Source: Chiloscyllium plagiosum
Taxonomy: Eukaryota
Length of the DNA stretch: 64,000 bases
Direction of reading: 5' to 3'
Assembly (NCBI RefSeq): GCF_004010195.1
Contig: NC_057753.1
Location: 5,485,282 to 5,549,281 of the forward strand
Made by a program: the position numbers and the translations under genes. The notes under the pieces are model-generated. The model searched no databases, was not told where the DNA came from, and saw only the letters and a list, made by a program, of their open reading frames with translations. This document shows, piece by piece, positions 12,331-25,240 of this stretch (position 1 is its first letter; each line of letters opens with the position of its first letter).

Positions 12331-15197
12331 ACGATTCAAAATAAATATCAAGTGTGTATTGATCGAGTTAAAACAGAATTGTGAGACTTGACTTGCTATG
12401 ACCTCCGAATATACTTTTCTATTGAAACGAGCTGCTTTGGATTGAGAAATTCACTAGAAACCTGAATGATTGAGATCCCAGAACCAGTAACCAGTAACCA
12501 GTCCAAGGAACTTTGATAAAATAATATTGACTAAATAGCAGGAGATCTATCAGCCTTTCTTTGATTGGTCCAATTCAAAGATAAATATCTATCCCTGTCA
12601 GCTAATTTTATTCCTATCTACAAATACATTGGCTTTAGCTATATAGGGTTGAAATATAAATGTCAAGGCAAAATTACTAGAAATCTACAGGACATTGGAA
12701 AGGCCACACATCGAGTACTGTGTACATTTTTTTTCTGAGGAATGATATGTTTACTCTGGCTGTATTGTAACAATGATTTGTCACATTTGCTCCAGGAATG
12801 AATAGGCGAGATCGATGTTCACTAGAATTTATACGATTGAGAAGATTTCTTATAATAAGATCTAAATATTGTTTAGCTGCTTGACAGTGCAGGTGGTGAT
12901 CTTTTTTCTCTGGGAGCCAAACCCAAACCTTAGGATCACAGTCTCAGAATAAGAGTCATTACTTTAGGACTGTGGTAAGGGCGAGTTTACTCTCGTAAAA
13001 GTATGTGAACTCTTGGAATTGACGACCATGGACAGCTGTGGAATACCAGTCGTAAGTATACTTACAGTAGAGGTTGGTAGATTAAAAACAAAATAATGCA
13101 TCTGCTGGAAATTTAAATCATGTACAGTGTATGCTGGAGAAACTCAGCACAGCAGGGTCTCTGGAGAGAGAAACAGAATTAACATTTCAAGTCCAGTATG
13201 ACTTACCTTCAGTAAAGTTCTCAAAGCTGTTAATTCTCTCTCAAAGATTCTGCTTGTAGTGCAATGTTTCTCCAGCATTTTCTGTGTTTGTGTGACCTAA
13301 TGAATGCAGGTCTCAATGAATTGAAACGGGGTCCAAAGGTGAAATGACCAACTTCCCCTCTTCAGTCGGTACTGGTGCATTCTGACTGAGTTATTGGTTT
13401 ATGTTTCCCAGGGGAAATCACGAGTCTCTTAATTCAGTTTCCCGTCAATGCTCCCTCAAGCCCATCGAGTAAGATCTGAAAGAGTTGATGTACAACATTA
13501 CAACCAAAAATTCTGCCAAAGGAAGTGAGATCATTTGAACGAAAAAGAAGGGTGCGTTAAAGAGCGTTCAGTATTATCAAGAAATGTTTGTGTAGTGCCC
13601 AAACCTGTCCATGTATAGTTACCTTCCAGATTAGAATTACAGACAACCCAACATTTGAAAGTCTGCAGTTGTTCAAGAAGGCAGATCCCCATTTTCTGCC
13701 GGGCAATTATGAATGGGCAATAAATTCTGGTCTGGTGGGGATGCTGTAATCCCATAAACGAATACGTATAATGAATAAAATCGGATTTACAAATGGATTA
13801 TAGAATTAAACCGGCTGATGTTGAGGAAAGGAATGAGCTGAAATTTAATGGCGAATCCAATGGCTAGGCTGAATGTTTCATTCTGCCAGTGAGATTGCGG
13901 AAAAGAGTGAAAGTGGAAAATATCAAGGAGGAATAGTTTTTCCAAGAAGAAAAAGTCGTGGGATGAAGGGCGTTTGCAGCAGAGAACCTGGGAGATTCTC
14001 CACTAGTAAGAATTGTGAGAGATAATTCACTCAGATAAGAAACGGCAGTAAGAGACACACTGACGAGATGTACCAACCTTTGGAAAATGGAAGTCATTGT
14101 TTCCTTTTAATTAGCAAGAATGACCAATAACGCTTTAAGGTAAAACTTAACTTCCGTCAGTCCAGTTCTTAAATGCAATCACATCTCATTCCTTACTTCC
14201 ATTGACCAGTTGTGAACTTAAAAAAAATCCACAAACTAATTGTTGGTCAAACCATTCGTTAAGTTCAGCCAGGAGTGACTCAACTTTGGAATCAAGACAG
14301 CTCATTGGATTCTTTCCAAAATCCAGTAGAGAATCAATAACACGGGAAAAGGGCAATGGCATTCAAGTCGTACAACTATTACTGTTGATGGATATGCCTT
14401 TTCTCCTCTGCTATTCACCAAGCAGGATAATGCACAATTCGAAGAGAGCAAGAAGCAACATCTTCCATTCGACTTCTTCCCTTCAGACTACATGAAGCCT
14501 GTGTATTTTCCTGGTGAAATAATGAGAAGAATTTCTGAATTTTTCGTCGAGTAGTAGCCCAGCAGGAGTGCTCTGTTTCTTGCATGGGGCAAATAACACT
14601 GAATCCATTCAAATGAATGACAAACATTCGAGACCTGGAGTCTGCAATGCCATTTGATGAATTCGTAGCTGGTGTGCATTTCACCTCTGTTCACTTCCTT
14701 CAATGTCTTCAAGTCGTTATCTATCAAAATTCTTTCAAAATGTAGTCATGATTTTAGTCAACCACTGTTTGGGGAGGGCAACGATTCCAGTTGCACAAAT
14801 AACCCTGTCTGAAGTAATGCTTCTTGACAACCTTGCAATAGTTAAGTCTAATTTTAATATCTTCCACTTTTCTCTGAACTCCCTCAATATAGGGAAAAAC
14901 AAATTTGTGTATAAAGCCTTTTACAACTTAAGCTTCCGAGCTACATTGAACTCGTTATACAACATATTCTTAGAATTCTCTAAAGGCTGGTGCCATTCTA
15001 GTGAATCTGTGCTGCTCCCCCTCCAACAGTTCAACCACTCTTCGAAAGTCAATAAATGCTTTGTTGAGGTTGGGAGCTCAGTTCTGAACACCTCGATTTG
15101 TCCACAATTGAACCAGAACATTAAATTTCTATATCCATTCAGAAAATAAAAACTTAATAATTCAATAGTTAATGAACAATTTGCAACGGTACTTTAC

Positions 15198-15267
15198 CTG
15201 GGACGGCAATAATTGCAAGTGAAGTGTAGTAAATGGCATAGACGGGGCCTCTGGGTGGTGAATGCAT
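15198..15267 (-). CDS. GPCR copy 1, coding exon 1 (MHSPPRGPVYAIYYTSLAIIAVP + G)
   Basis: ATG at 15267, 70 nt, donor CCAG|gtaaagt. Splicing to 9296 gives ...IAVP-V-NLVTILIL, a continuous TM1, and a 975-nt CDS (324 aa plus stop). Homologous exon at 40768-40837. Confidence 0.9.
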
Positions 15268-15439
15268 TTTCTCCGAGATATTTGAGATGTATCTTTAGGA
15301 GTTATATTTGCTCTGTTTGTCATTCAAAGGAACTATTCTTGTAGCTGATTTTTAACCATCAGAGACATAATTAAAATCTTCACTATTGAGTTACAAGCCT
15401 TGGGAGATGATATATCACATGACGTTGTCACCTACGTTA

Positions 15440-15495
15440 GTTGCAATCACTAAACTAACGGATGAGGTGACATCATCAGCACTCAGTCATCCAAC
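15440..15495 (-). promoter_or_regulatory. Conserved proximal element ~170-230 bp upstream of the GPCR ATG, with bZIP-like sites; paralog 41014-41067
   Basis: TTGCAAT (C/EBP-like), TGACATCA (CRE/AP-1-like) and TGCTGA/TGACTGAG on the minus strand. Nearly identical between copies. Confidence 0.4.
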
Positions 15496-16889
15496 TTGTT
15501 CATACACCAGTGTGTTCCCAAGTAACAGCAGGGTTGTCTTATGTCAGTACTGTTTTCAACGATATGCGATACTTAGTTCATTCACCCTGAGTTAGCCTTT
15601 AGCTTGGGGATTGCTTAACTTGGATGGCTGGTTTGTAATACAGAATGATAGAACAGCATATGTTCAGTTCCCATACTAGCTATTCAAATGTCCCTTTCAG
15701 AATCTAGTTCCTCATCTGAGGAATTGTACACGCCAGGTTAAGCGACCACCAGATACCTCTCGGGAATGAGAGAAGAACGAAATGTCTTTTTGGGGCAGTA
15801 GTTTCCATTATGTATTTCACACCACACACAAACGAAACTGGGTTAAAATTTGATGATGTGAATTAATATGAAGTAAATCATCTTCGATTATAACACATCA
15901 TCGAAAGTTTCTGCCCTTTGCACCCGAGTGTTGATCACCACTTCACTTCGAGCTCAAGAAGGACAATTTAGGGGGAGGGTGATAGAGCACGAACACAATT
16001 TCAGCTGGGCATGGTCCTCCAGAGTCACACTGAGAGGGACAAACGCAACTGTGGACTTCTTCAACTCTCTTCACGGACAGCAAAGTAAGACTTGTAAGAC
16101 ACGGAAGATAAACTCTTTCACAACTGGGTTTAGAGCCATCATGAATAATGGGGAATGCTGGAAACGTGCTGGGAAATAAGAGTTTGAGGTCAAACTGGAA
16201 CCTTCTCCTGACTGAAAGTGAAAAGGCAAGTTTAAGTTTCCAGTCTGAAAATGGCTGCTGCAATTATCCAACAACGTTTTAAGGAATTTATGTAGGATGT
16301 TCTGAAGCTAGGACTTTGAGGCAGTTGTTTATTTTAATGCCAGTGAATCATCTGAAAACATAATTGATTCAAATCTCCAACAAAATAGGAGGAATTCAGA
16401 GGACATTGTGGTTGACATTTGATCTTGGCAAAAGAAAGGATACAGTAGCTAAGTGCTTCCGTAACTGGATTACTTTTGGAGATACTGCACTGATAGCTTG
16501 CAGGTATAAGTTCCAAAGCCACCACTGAAGCTGGGAAACTCACATTTGGTTGTTTTAGTAAATCTGACGAGAATAAAATCCTGATATAAGTGGATATGAA
16601 ACTGTTGGGTTGTTGTAAAATTTCGTCTAGTTCACTGCCATCTTCCAGCAAATGAAACTGGATTTCCCAACCTGCTCCAGAATAGGGAGAGGATATTCGT
16701 CTACTCCTGTGTGAAAACAAATTTTCTGATAATGCACAAAATGGCTTTGAAAGATCGAGGAATTCATTTCAAGTTATTACAAGATGTTTCCCATTAAATG
16801 CGAGAATTACATTGGATTTCGATATCCAAACCCCTTCACACACGCTCAGAAACTTGAAATTATGACATGTTTGTTTAAATTTTTTATTA

Positions 16890-17985
16890 TTATTGAATTT
16901 AACTAAATTGAATTTATTGTCATGTGTTGGTAAAAACAAGGTCTGCAGATGCTGACCAGAGTCTAGATTAGAGTGGTGCTGGAAAAGCACAGCAGGTCAG
17001 GCAGCATCCAAGGAGCAGGAAAATTGACTTTTCGGGCAAAAGCCCTTCATCAGGAATAGACGTGTACTGAGGCACAGTGCGAGCAATAAAGGCAGATCAC
17101 ACAGTTAAGTAACATAGATAAGTAAATAACAAGTAAAAACACAGGCACATGTGAATCCATTCAGTATTCTAACAACAGGAGGGTAGAAACCTTTATGAAA
17201 CCGGCTGGTGCGTGTGGTCAGGCTTCTGTACCATCTCCCCGATGGTAGAGGTTGTCGAAAAACATTGCCATGGATCTTTAAGAATGCTGGCCGCCTTTCC
17301 TTAACAGCAGGCCTGTTGGCCTTTGTGATTGTCCGGGTCGAATTCACCACTCTCTGTAACCATCTCTGATCATGAATGGTACAGTTGCCATACATCCAGA
17401 CAGAATTCTCTCGACAGCGCACATATAAAAGTTGGCAAGGGTATTCGCTGTCATGCCAAATTTCCTCAGCTGCTTGGGGAGGAAGTGACGTGTTGGGCCT
17501 TTGCAAGCAGTGAATCCACATGAAGAGTCCAAGAACGCTTGTTGTGAATGATCACTCCCAGGAGCTTGACACTCTCCACTCGTTCCACCTCTGTGCTGTT
17601 AATGCGTAGGGGGGCATGAGTAACATCCCGTCGAAAGTCAATAATGAGTTCTTTGGTTTTGCCGACATTGAGAACTAGGTTGTTCTCAGTGCATCATTTT
17701 TCCAGGTCTTCCACTTCCCGTCTGTAGTCTGTTTTATCACTATCTGAGATTCTACTGAATATGGTGGTGTCACCAGCGAACATGTAAATGGCATTAGTCT
17801 GGTATTTGGCGATGCAGTCATGGATATACAGTGAGTACAGTAGGGGCTGAGTACGCACTGCTGGGGGGCTCCAGTGTTGAGTGTTAGTGAGGATGAAATA
17901 TTGCTCCAGTCTTCACTAATTGTGGCCTGTGGGTCAGGAAACTAAGGATCCAGTTGCAGAGAGTGGAGCTTAGTCTGAGATCACT
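16890..17985 (-). mobile_element. Rex1/Babar-type LINE 3' fragment, with a Penelope-type repeat inserted at ~16927-17059
   Basis: LRKFGMTANTLANFYMCAVERILSGC, VWMYGNC..DQRWLQRVV, LPSGRWYRSL.TRTSRF; AT-rich short-repeat tail. Seen only in module 1. Confidence 0.8.
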
Positions 17986-19532
17986 GCGTTTACCTTTTAT
18001 TAGTTTACTATTATTTTACTACTTTACTATTAATAGTTTGCTATTATTTTACCTTCCAACCTACTATGTAAGGAAACCACAAGATTATAAAATGCAAAAA
18101 AAAGGACTTATCAGACAGAGCTCTGAACATATTGTGCTAATCTCAGTTTGATTGAACGGAGTTCAGTTCAAAAGCCATGGATCATCGTGTATGGAATCTT
18201 TTCCTTTTGAGCAGTTTTCTTAATTTGATGATATGACATCAACATTGTTTTATTAAACTGAGCACAGAAATTCACCACGGTCTCTAAGTGGCTTGATAAC
18301 CTACAACCACGTTCGTCTCGGAAGACAAAGGTCATAGATGCATGAGGGCACTATCACCTGCAAGTTATCTTCCAAGCCACTCACCATCCTGACTTGAAAA
18401 TATATTGCTGTTCCTTCAGTGGCACTGTGGATGTCCATACAGCAAATGAATTGCAGCGGTTCAAGAAGACAGCGGAGCACCTCAAAGGTGACTAAGAATG
18501 ATCAACAAATGGGACTAAACCAGCGACAGCTCCATGAATGAACAAAAAAAAACCATTAATTTGACCTCACAAATTATACAGTACTCTATTATTCTTTCTC
18601 TCAGGCGCTGTGCCTGGATATCTAATTTCTCTCCGAGGGATGCAATAATATCTTTGTATTCAGTTCATCACCTGACGCCCAGTATGACCTCCAAGAATCT
18701 GCTTCTAATGCAGATCTTTAATTTTTATGTTTGTGTCCTTACTGTTGAGCAATATTCAGTAAAACTCCTGTAACTTTTAGTATTTTCGTGCCTGGCTTTC
18801 CTGTGCCTACATTCTCAACCTCAAAACTCTCGAAGATTCTTCTTGATGCAGCCTCAAAATGTCTGTTGGTCAGTGCATATGTGCTCATTATAGAGTCATA
18901 GAGCTGTACAGTAGGGAAACAAACCCTTCTGTCCAACTTGTCCATACTGATCAGATATCCTGAATTAATTTAATCCCAAATGCGAGCATTTGACCCATAT
19001 CCCTCTAAACTCTTCCTATTTATAAACACATTTAGATGCCTTTTCAACGTTGTAATTGTACTAGCCACCGCCCCTTCCTCTAGCAACTCATTCCATACAC
19101 TCATCACCGTCTGCACGAAAAGGGTATCCCTTAGGTTCCTTTTAAATCTTTCCCCTCTCATTTTAAACCTATGTCTTCCAGTTTCATACGCTACTATGCC
19201 AGCGGAAAGACTTTGTTGTTCACCCTATCTACAGCCCTCATGATTTTATAAATTTTGATAGCTAACCCCCCCCAGCCTCCAACGCTCTAGGGGAAACAGC
19301 ACCAGCCTATTCAGCCTCTTACTTTGACTCAAACCTTCCAACCTTGGCAACTTTGGCAACATACTTGTAAATCTTTTCTGCACCCTTTCAAGTTTCACAA
19401 CACCTTTCCTATGGCAGACAGTGGAGATTTGAATGCAGCATTCCAAAAGTGACAAAATCAGTGTCCTGGACAGTCACAGCACGACCTCCCAACTTCTATA
19501 CTGAATGCACTGACTAATAAAGGCAAGCATAC

Positions 19533-20593
19533 TTATGGAACGGGTTTTATGGAGATAATAAGTTTTCAGGAGACCGCAGAGTTCAAGGGACGTGGTAATT
19601 TATTAATGCATGTAATAGTACAATGCAAGGAGAGGCCAAATACCTACGCCGAATCTGACTTCGATGTGAGTGTAGAATTGTCCCCTTAATCTTCTGCTCA
19701 GATCAGAAGAAAAGCCAATGACACTGTCATTCTAAATACAAGTGAGTTGTCATTTTGTACATTTTTCCTGTCACTTTAACATGGCAGCAGATACTTCCTC
19801 CCCATGCATACTATTGGTTACTTAGTGCTGACTTGTTCAACTATGATTGGATTTCCAGTACATCACTCTATATTAGTGCTTACTTGTTGCGGTGATCTGA
19901 TTGGGCCATTTTGATACATGGGAAATTAAACTCGCCATGGACACTTGTGACCTTTCATCTCGCAGCTATGATGTCTGTGTCTGCTGTTTTGTACGAGACT
20001 GTAACAGTCTTCTTTGAGATGTCCCACCATTCCAACTCTCTTAGCTGCTCTCCTTGATAAGAGATATGGAGGCCCTCTCTATTACTCACAATCTAAATTT
20101 TAAAACCTTTCTTTCTAAAGTTTTGTTTCGTAATTATTATGTATGTGTGTGTGTTAAATCTATAATTTATTAGGAATCGATACGGATGATTAGAAAATCT
20201 GAAGATAACTAACTGATTAGTGTGAAATGTTCTTATGTATATGATAGCAAATAATATTGTACATTCCATCTTATTTAATCAGTTATTGTTCGAGTGCTGA
20301 GAACACACACCTTTCGTTTCGTAATTATTATGTATGTGTGTGTGTTAAATCTATAATTTATTAGGAATCGATACGGATGATTAGAAAATCTGAAGATAAC
20401 TAACTGATTAGTTTGTACATTCCATCTTATTATGATAGCAAATAATATTGTACATTCCATCTTATTTAATCAGTTATTGTTCGAGTGCTGAGAACACACA
20501 CCTTTCCCACACTCTCTAATTAAACACGTAATGCAAAGCTTATTGGTGCTTTCATCGATATGCTTTGCTGTACTTTGATAAACATCCCTAATA
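19533..20593 (-). mobile_element. Solo LTR (degenerate ends, internal 191-bp duplication)
   Basis: Paralog of 45850-46719; interrupts the CR1 at the same base. Confidence 0.6.
20125..20506. repeat. 191-bp tandem duplication
   Basis: 20125-20315 repeats at 20316-20506, identical except for an ~18-nt patch. Confidence 0.92.
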
Positions 20594-21334
20594 TTTGAAA
20601 AGTCTTCTTCACGATCCTGTCTACCTGAGCCTCTACTTTCAAGGAAATATGATCCTGCAGTCCAAGATCTCTTTGTTCAGCAACACACCGTCAGAACTTT
20701 AAGTGAATAAGTCCTGCCCTGAATTGCCTTTCCAAAATGCAGCACCTCATGCTTATCTCAATTAAACTTCATCGGCCAACCAGCCCATCTGATTAATGTC
20801 CCTTTGTACTCTGAGGTAACCTTCTGGACTTTTCACTGCACCACCAGTCTTGGCGTCATCTGTGAATGTAGTACCCATACCTCATACATCCACATTCAAA
20901 TCATTTATGAAAATGACAAAAACAATGGATCCAATAACAATCCTTGTGATACATTACTGGTCACAGGTCTTCAGTCTGAAAAGCAATCCTTTCCCTCCAC
21001 CGTCTGCCAACTACCTTCTAGCCAGTTCCACATCCAAATGGCTAATTTTCCACGTATTCCATATGATTGAACCTCGCTCACCACCCTACCATGTAGAACA
21101 TTGTCCAATTCCTTAGTGAAGTTCATATAACACACGTACGCTGCTTTTCAATGTAACCCGCTTTGGGATTCTCGTCATAAGGCATAATATGGGTAGAATT
21201 AGCATAATCTGTTTTACTATGAGGAGGTGATGAGGAGGAGGTATTATCACCAGACCATTAATACAGAGATCCAGGTAATGTTCTGAGGCACAAGGTCAAA
21301 TCAGGTCACTGCAGATGGAGATCAGCCAGCTGGA

Positions 21335-21852
21335 CTTCATAGAAAATGAGTTCTCTGATTGCGGCTGTTAATCTGGTACAATCAGAGTGCCCTGGCTGAC
21401 AGATAAAAAGAGTGAGTGTTGACTTTAGAGCCCGGGTGTCTCTGGATAAGGCGCTCATGGTGTCCACCAATATCCTTGAGCTGTTCAGGGAGAGGTGGGC
21501 ACCGCAGGGAGTGGAGTGCATTTTTCCCCGTCCAATTCTATTTTGATTTAATCCCTGCCCTCCCCTTCACTGTTTGATCGCACAGCATTGCCCTTTGATG
21601 TGAAGGGCACTGCTTGTCACTGTACACTTGGGTGTTTCTTTTCTTCCTGGTGGTGGAAACTGAATAAAGATTCGTGCACCATGTGTCTTTCAACGTGTCT
21701 CACACCGACACAAGGAGAAAAAGAAGAGAGTGTCAGAGATCCTTAAACTCCAGTACCTGACTCTATGTGATAGTGTCAATGTCGATGACTCTTCATTTGT
21801 AAATAAAGGCTGACTTGTTGACGAGACCTTAGCCTCAGTCAAGCTATTGCAG
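21335..21852 (+). mobile_element. Short LTR-like repeat nested in a SINE; paralog ~47850-48049
   Basis: ctgattg..caatcag, GATAAAAA, AAATAAAG, ends ...tattgca/tatttca. It interrupts a SINE (21240-21320 + 21855-22110). Confidence 0.5.
21416..21728 (+). mobile_element. Tx1/L1-clade LINE 3' end
   Basis: FRARVSLDKALMVSTNILELFRERWAPQGVECI (Tx1-like ORF2 C-terminus), 3' UTR hairpin tgccctt..aagggca, AATAAA and A-rich tail. Absent from the paralog at ~47910. Confidence 0.7.
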
Positions 21853-22944
21853 TAGAATTTAAAGATGATAAAAATCTATGATTAATAGTCTAATGATGTC
21901 CATCAAAACCATTGTTCAATGTCAGAAAATCCCATCAGGTTCAGTAATGTGCTTTAAGGAAGGAAATCTTTACCTGGTCTGGTTTCCATGTAACTCCAGA
22001 CGTTCAGAAATATTGCTGACTCCCAACTGCTCTCTGGGTAATTAGGATTGAGGAATAAATATTAATCTGGCCAGTGACTTCAACGTCATGCAAAACGGTT
22101 TAATAGAAAAAAAAGTAGAGGCTGAAATTATATGAAGATGCTGCCCTGTATTGTACACTATCTTAAATCCAGTACTGATAGCCCACAGTGACAATAGACA
22201 AGTAAATATTATTGCATTATTCTCGTCATTTTCTCCAGGATGATGATCAATGATGATTTACATTTCAGAGGAAACAGTGGAATTATATGACCACAGTTGC
22301 TTGAGATCACTGGAGGATGTTTGCTTGAATTCCCCAAAAATTATGTACTTAACATACTCCAATAACTTATTCAATGTATGAGTCAGATTGGTTGGTGTTG
22401 CCCATCCTGTGGGACAAGGTTCTTATTCTGAAGAAGAACCAGTGGATTGGAAGCAACAAGTGTTTATTTCTTCACAGATGCTGCCAGATCTGTTGAGTTT
22501 CTCCACGGCTGGATGTTTTTTTTAATTTCAGATCTCCAGCATCCAATATATTTTGTTATTATTTGTGTGAACTCACATGCAGTGTTTGTAAGCGCAGTTG
22601 TTAGTTTTGAAACAGCAGTAGTCCATTTACCCATCAAATACCTGAAGGTTCCCTCCTTGACAACCCTTTCAGCCAGCGAGCTCCAGATACCTGCCACCTT
22701 CTGGATGCATTGCTTTTCCTCAAAATCTCTCTCATACTCCTGCATTGTAACTTGTATCTGTATTTCCTGGTTACTCAAACTTTGACTCGGGGGGTGACTT
22801 TGTCGATACCTAACTCCTCTCGTAACCTTGTGCAACGCGATAATTTGCCAACCCCTGTCCCCTCACTTCTCTGCCTTAAGGAAAACAACGTCCAGCCGAT
22901 CTAGCCTCTCTTCATTGCTCCAACCTGGGTAACATCCTGGTAAA

Positions 22945-23135
22945 TTTCAGCATCTGCGGAGAGAAATCAGAGTTAGCGTTTCAGGTCCAGTGACCCTTCT
23001 GCAGTTCTGAGGAAGGCTTAATGGACCCGAAACATTAACTCTGATTTCTCTCCACAGGTGCTGTCAGACTTTCCGAGCCTTTCCTGCAATTTTTGTTTCT
23101 GTTTCTGTTTCTGATTTCCAGTATGCAATTCTTTC
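22945..23135. mobile_element. Older palindromic Penelope-derived element (second family); paralog 50150-50345
   Basis: Back-to-back cores: CTGAGGAaggcttaatggacccGAAAC (+) and its inverted counterpart. Confidence 0.65.
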
Positions 23136-23499
23136 AGTTTTTATCCTGGTACATCTCCTCTGCAGCAAGTGTAGTCACATTCTTCCTCTCATACAGAGAT
23201 CAGAACAGCAGACAGTACTGCAAGATGGCCAAATTAACGTTACCCAAAGGTACCTCTTATAGGGCAAAACATATCTAGATGATTATGGTAAAATGTTAAA
23301 GGGAGACGCACTGAGAATAGTTCACGTGTCGGTGCAACATTGAGGGCCGAAGGGCCTGTTTTGTGCTGTATTGTTCTACGTGCTGTGTTATGAAAAGAGC
23401 CCTGCCAACCAGTGAAGTGCCTGGGGAAGACAATGAGATTGACTTGCCATGCAGAGGCAAGCATCTCTGAAAATTTAGTTTGCAAGGGAACGGAGAGAA

Positions 23500-23750
23500 A
23501 GAAAAAACATGTGATTGGATGTGAGGAGCCGGATTAGGAAGAAGGGTCGAATAGCCTCCTTCCACGCTGGACCAATTGTGTCTGACACCTGGCTCCCAGT
23601 CGGTCATCCAGCTCGGCCAGTTCGTCTCCTATTGGCTGGATACTTTGTCAGTTATCGTAACATCTTTGACCAAAATGAGCGTATGCTTGGCAGGCATAAA
23701 CCGGTGATAGACTTGTGCGAGTATGCTGGGAATGCTCGAGAGGAATTTTA
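23500..23750. promoter_or_regulatory. Candidate promoter (locally CpG-rich, CCAAT boxes); paralog at ~50620-50850
   Basis: accaatt and ctattggctgg here; taattggctg and ccattggctcgg in the paralog. CpG density is high against a CpG-depleted background, and it lies upstream of the minisatellite and ZNF. Confidence 0.4.
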
Positions 23751-25240
23751 ACCGAGAAATATGTGGCTGGAGGAGTAAAAATAATGGATCCGAAAAGTAT
23801 AACTGGAGGAGTAGTAAAACTTAAGAATGGATGTGTGAATACACGTGTAATAATACTTACAAAGGGATGTGCAACTGCAAGAATAATAATTCTAAGGGAA
23901 GGAACGTGAATGTATGAACAATAATAATGAGAGAGGTTTGTATTAGTGGAGGTTATTTATATTGATGAAGAGATGTGAAAACCTAAAAATCCTTATCAAG
24001 AAGGCATGTGTAAAAGGTGGAGTAATAATATTGAGGATGGGTTGTGTAAACGGAGGAGAATTAATACAGAAAAAAGGATGTATAAGTGAAAGTAAAACTA
24101 CTGTGAAAGGATTGTCCATGTGGAGGTGGAATAATAGTGTCAGAAAGGATTTGTAAATGCAGGTGTAATAATATTGAAGAGGGAATGTGTAGATGTGTAC
24201 ACATATTGATGAGGAAGGGATGCACAAATGGGGAAGTAATATTACTGAGGAAAGGAGTATAAATGGAGAAATCATTCTGTGGTAGGGTTGTGTAAATTGA
24301 GAAGTAATAATATTGAGGAAAGGAATACGTAAATACAGATGTAATAATACTTAGGAGGGGGTGTGCAACAATAGGAATAATAATATTGGGGAAGGGAATT
24401 TGAATGGAGGTATATTAATACTGAAGAAGAGATGTGTAAATGGAGCAGTAATAATGCAGGGAGTGTTTGTGGAAAAGAGGTGAATTTTTACTGAAGAAGG
24501 ATGTGTAAGTAGATAAATCATTCTGAGGAAGCGACACACAAATTGAAGAGTAACTTGATTGAGGAATGGATGTGTCAATGGAAAATAAAATAATACTGAA
24601 TACGTATTGTGTGAATAGATAAATAATTCTGAAGAGAGGATGTGTAAATGAGGAGCACTAAGACTGAGGAAGGAGTTTTAATAATAATGAGGAATGTTTG
24701 TGCAAATGGAGAACTATTTCACAGTAAGGGATGTGTGACTGAAGCAATAATACTGCGGAAGAAGTGAGTGAAAAATGAGTGGAGGTGTAATTTCAGGGAT
24801 TTAATGCTCAGGAAGGGATGTGCAAACGGGTCTATAATACTGAGGAGGGGAATGTGACTAAATAGAGGAGACATTCATACTGAGGCTTGGATGGTTAAAA
24901 AGTGAGGCGACTGTAAATGGAGGAGAAGTAATTGTGACGAAGAAGTGTTTAAAAAGTGAAGGAATGTTTAAATGGAGGAGAAAGGATGACTGAGAGGAAT
25001 TTTAAGAAGTAAGGGGATGGTAAATGGAGAGATGATGGTAGAGCAGGAAAATGGTTAGGAAGTGACGGGACTTGTAATTGGTGGTGAAATAATGACTGAG
25101 CAGGGAATGTTGTGTAAGTGAGGGTAGCTGTAAATTGGGGAGGGGGGGAGAGTAAATGGTGGTGTACCGAATATCCAGGAAGTGAGGAATCTATAAATAC
25201 AGGGTAAATGATGATTGAGCAGGAATGTCTTCGATGTAGC
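23750..25240 (+). repeat. Degenerate purine-rich minisatellite, unit ~33-36 bp (AATAATACTGAGGAAGGGATGTGTAAATGGAG)
   Basis: Dozens of imperfect repeats with strong strand asymmetry (C-poor). Confidence 0.85.

Larger units (their letters stand above)
18890..21150 (-). mobile_element. CR1 3' portion interrupted by a solo LTR; paralog 45481-47310
   Basis: LERVQKRFTSMLP, WNELLEE; the CR1 sequence resumes after 20593. Confidence 0.8.
306..24870. repeat. One period of the ~25-kb tandem segmental duplication; later periods ~24870-51330, ~51330-59170 (truncated) and ~59730-64000 (partial)
   Basis: Collinear unique anchors: cattgaat..cagaggca.t.agcttatt at 618/25240/51617; gtgggagctggtggacacctgt at ~3131/29222/53890; GPCR exons; shared old TE remnants. 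Boundaries approximate. Confidence 0.9.

Noticed and set aside
14415..15149. Cluster of ORFs considered as a possible endogenous viral gene
   Set aside because: 14700-15130 is a decayed antisense CR1 3' end (RFTRM, WNxLP remnants), and the frames are not preserved in the paralog at ~40000-40700.
15928..16274. Cys-rich ORFs upstream of exon 1
   Set aside because: The paralog at 41416-41840 has indels and stops in the corresponding frames; no coding conservation.
23750..25240. Minisatellite as a CRISPR-like array, hammerhead array or repeat protein
   Set aside because: No unique spacers, no stem II or GAAA after CTGAGGA, and frequent stops in all frames.
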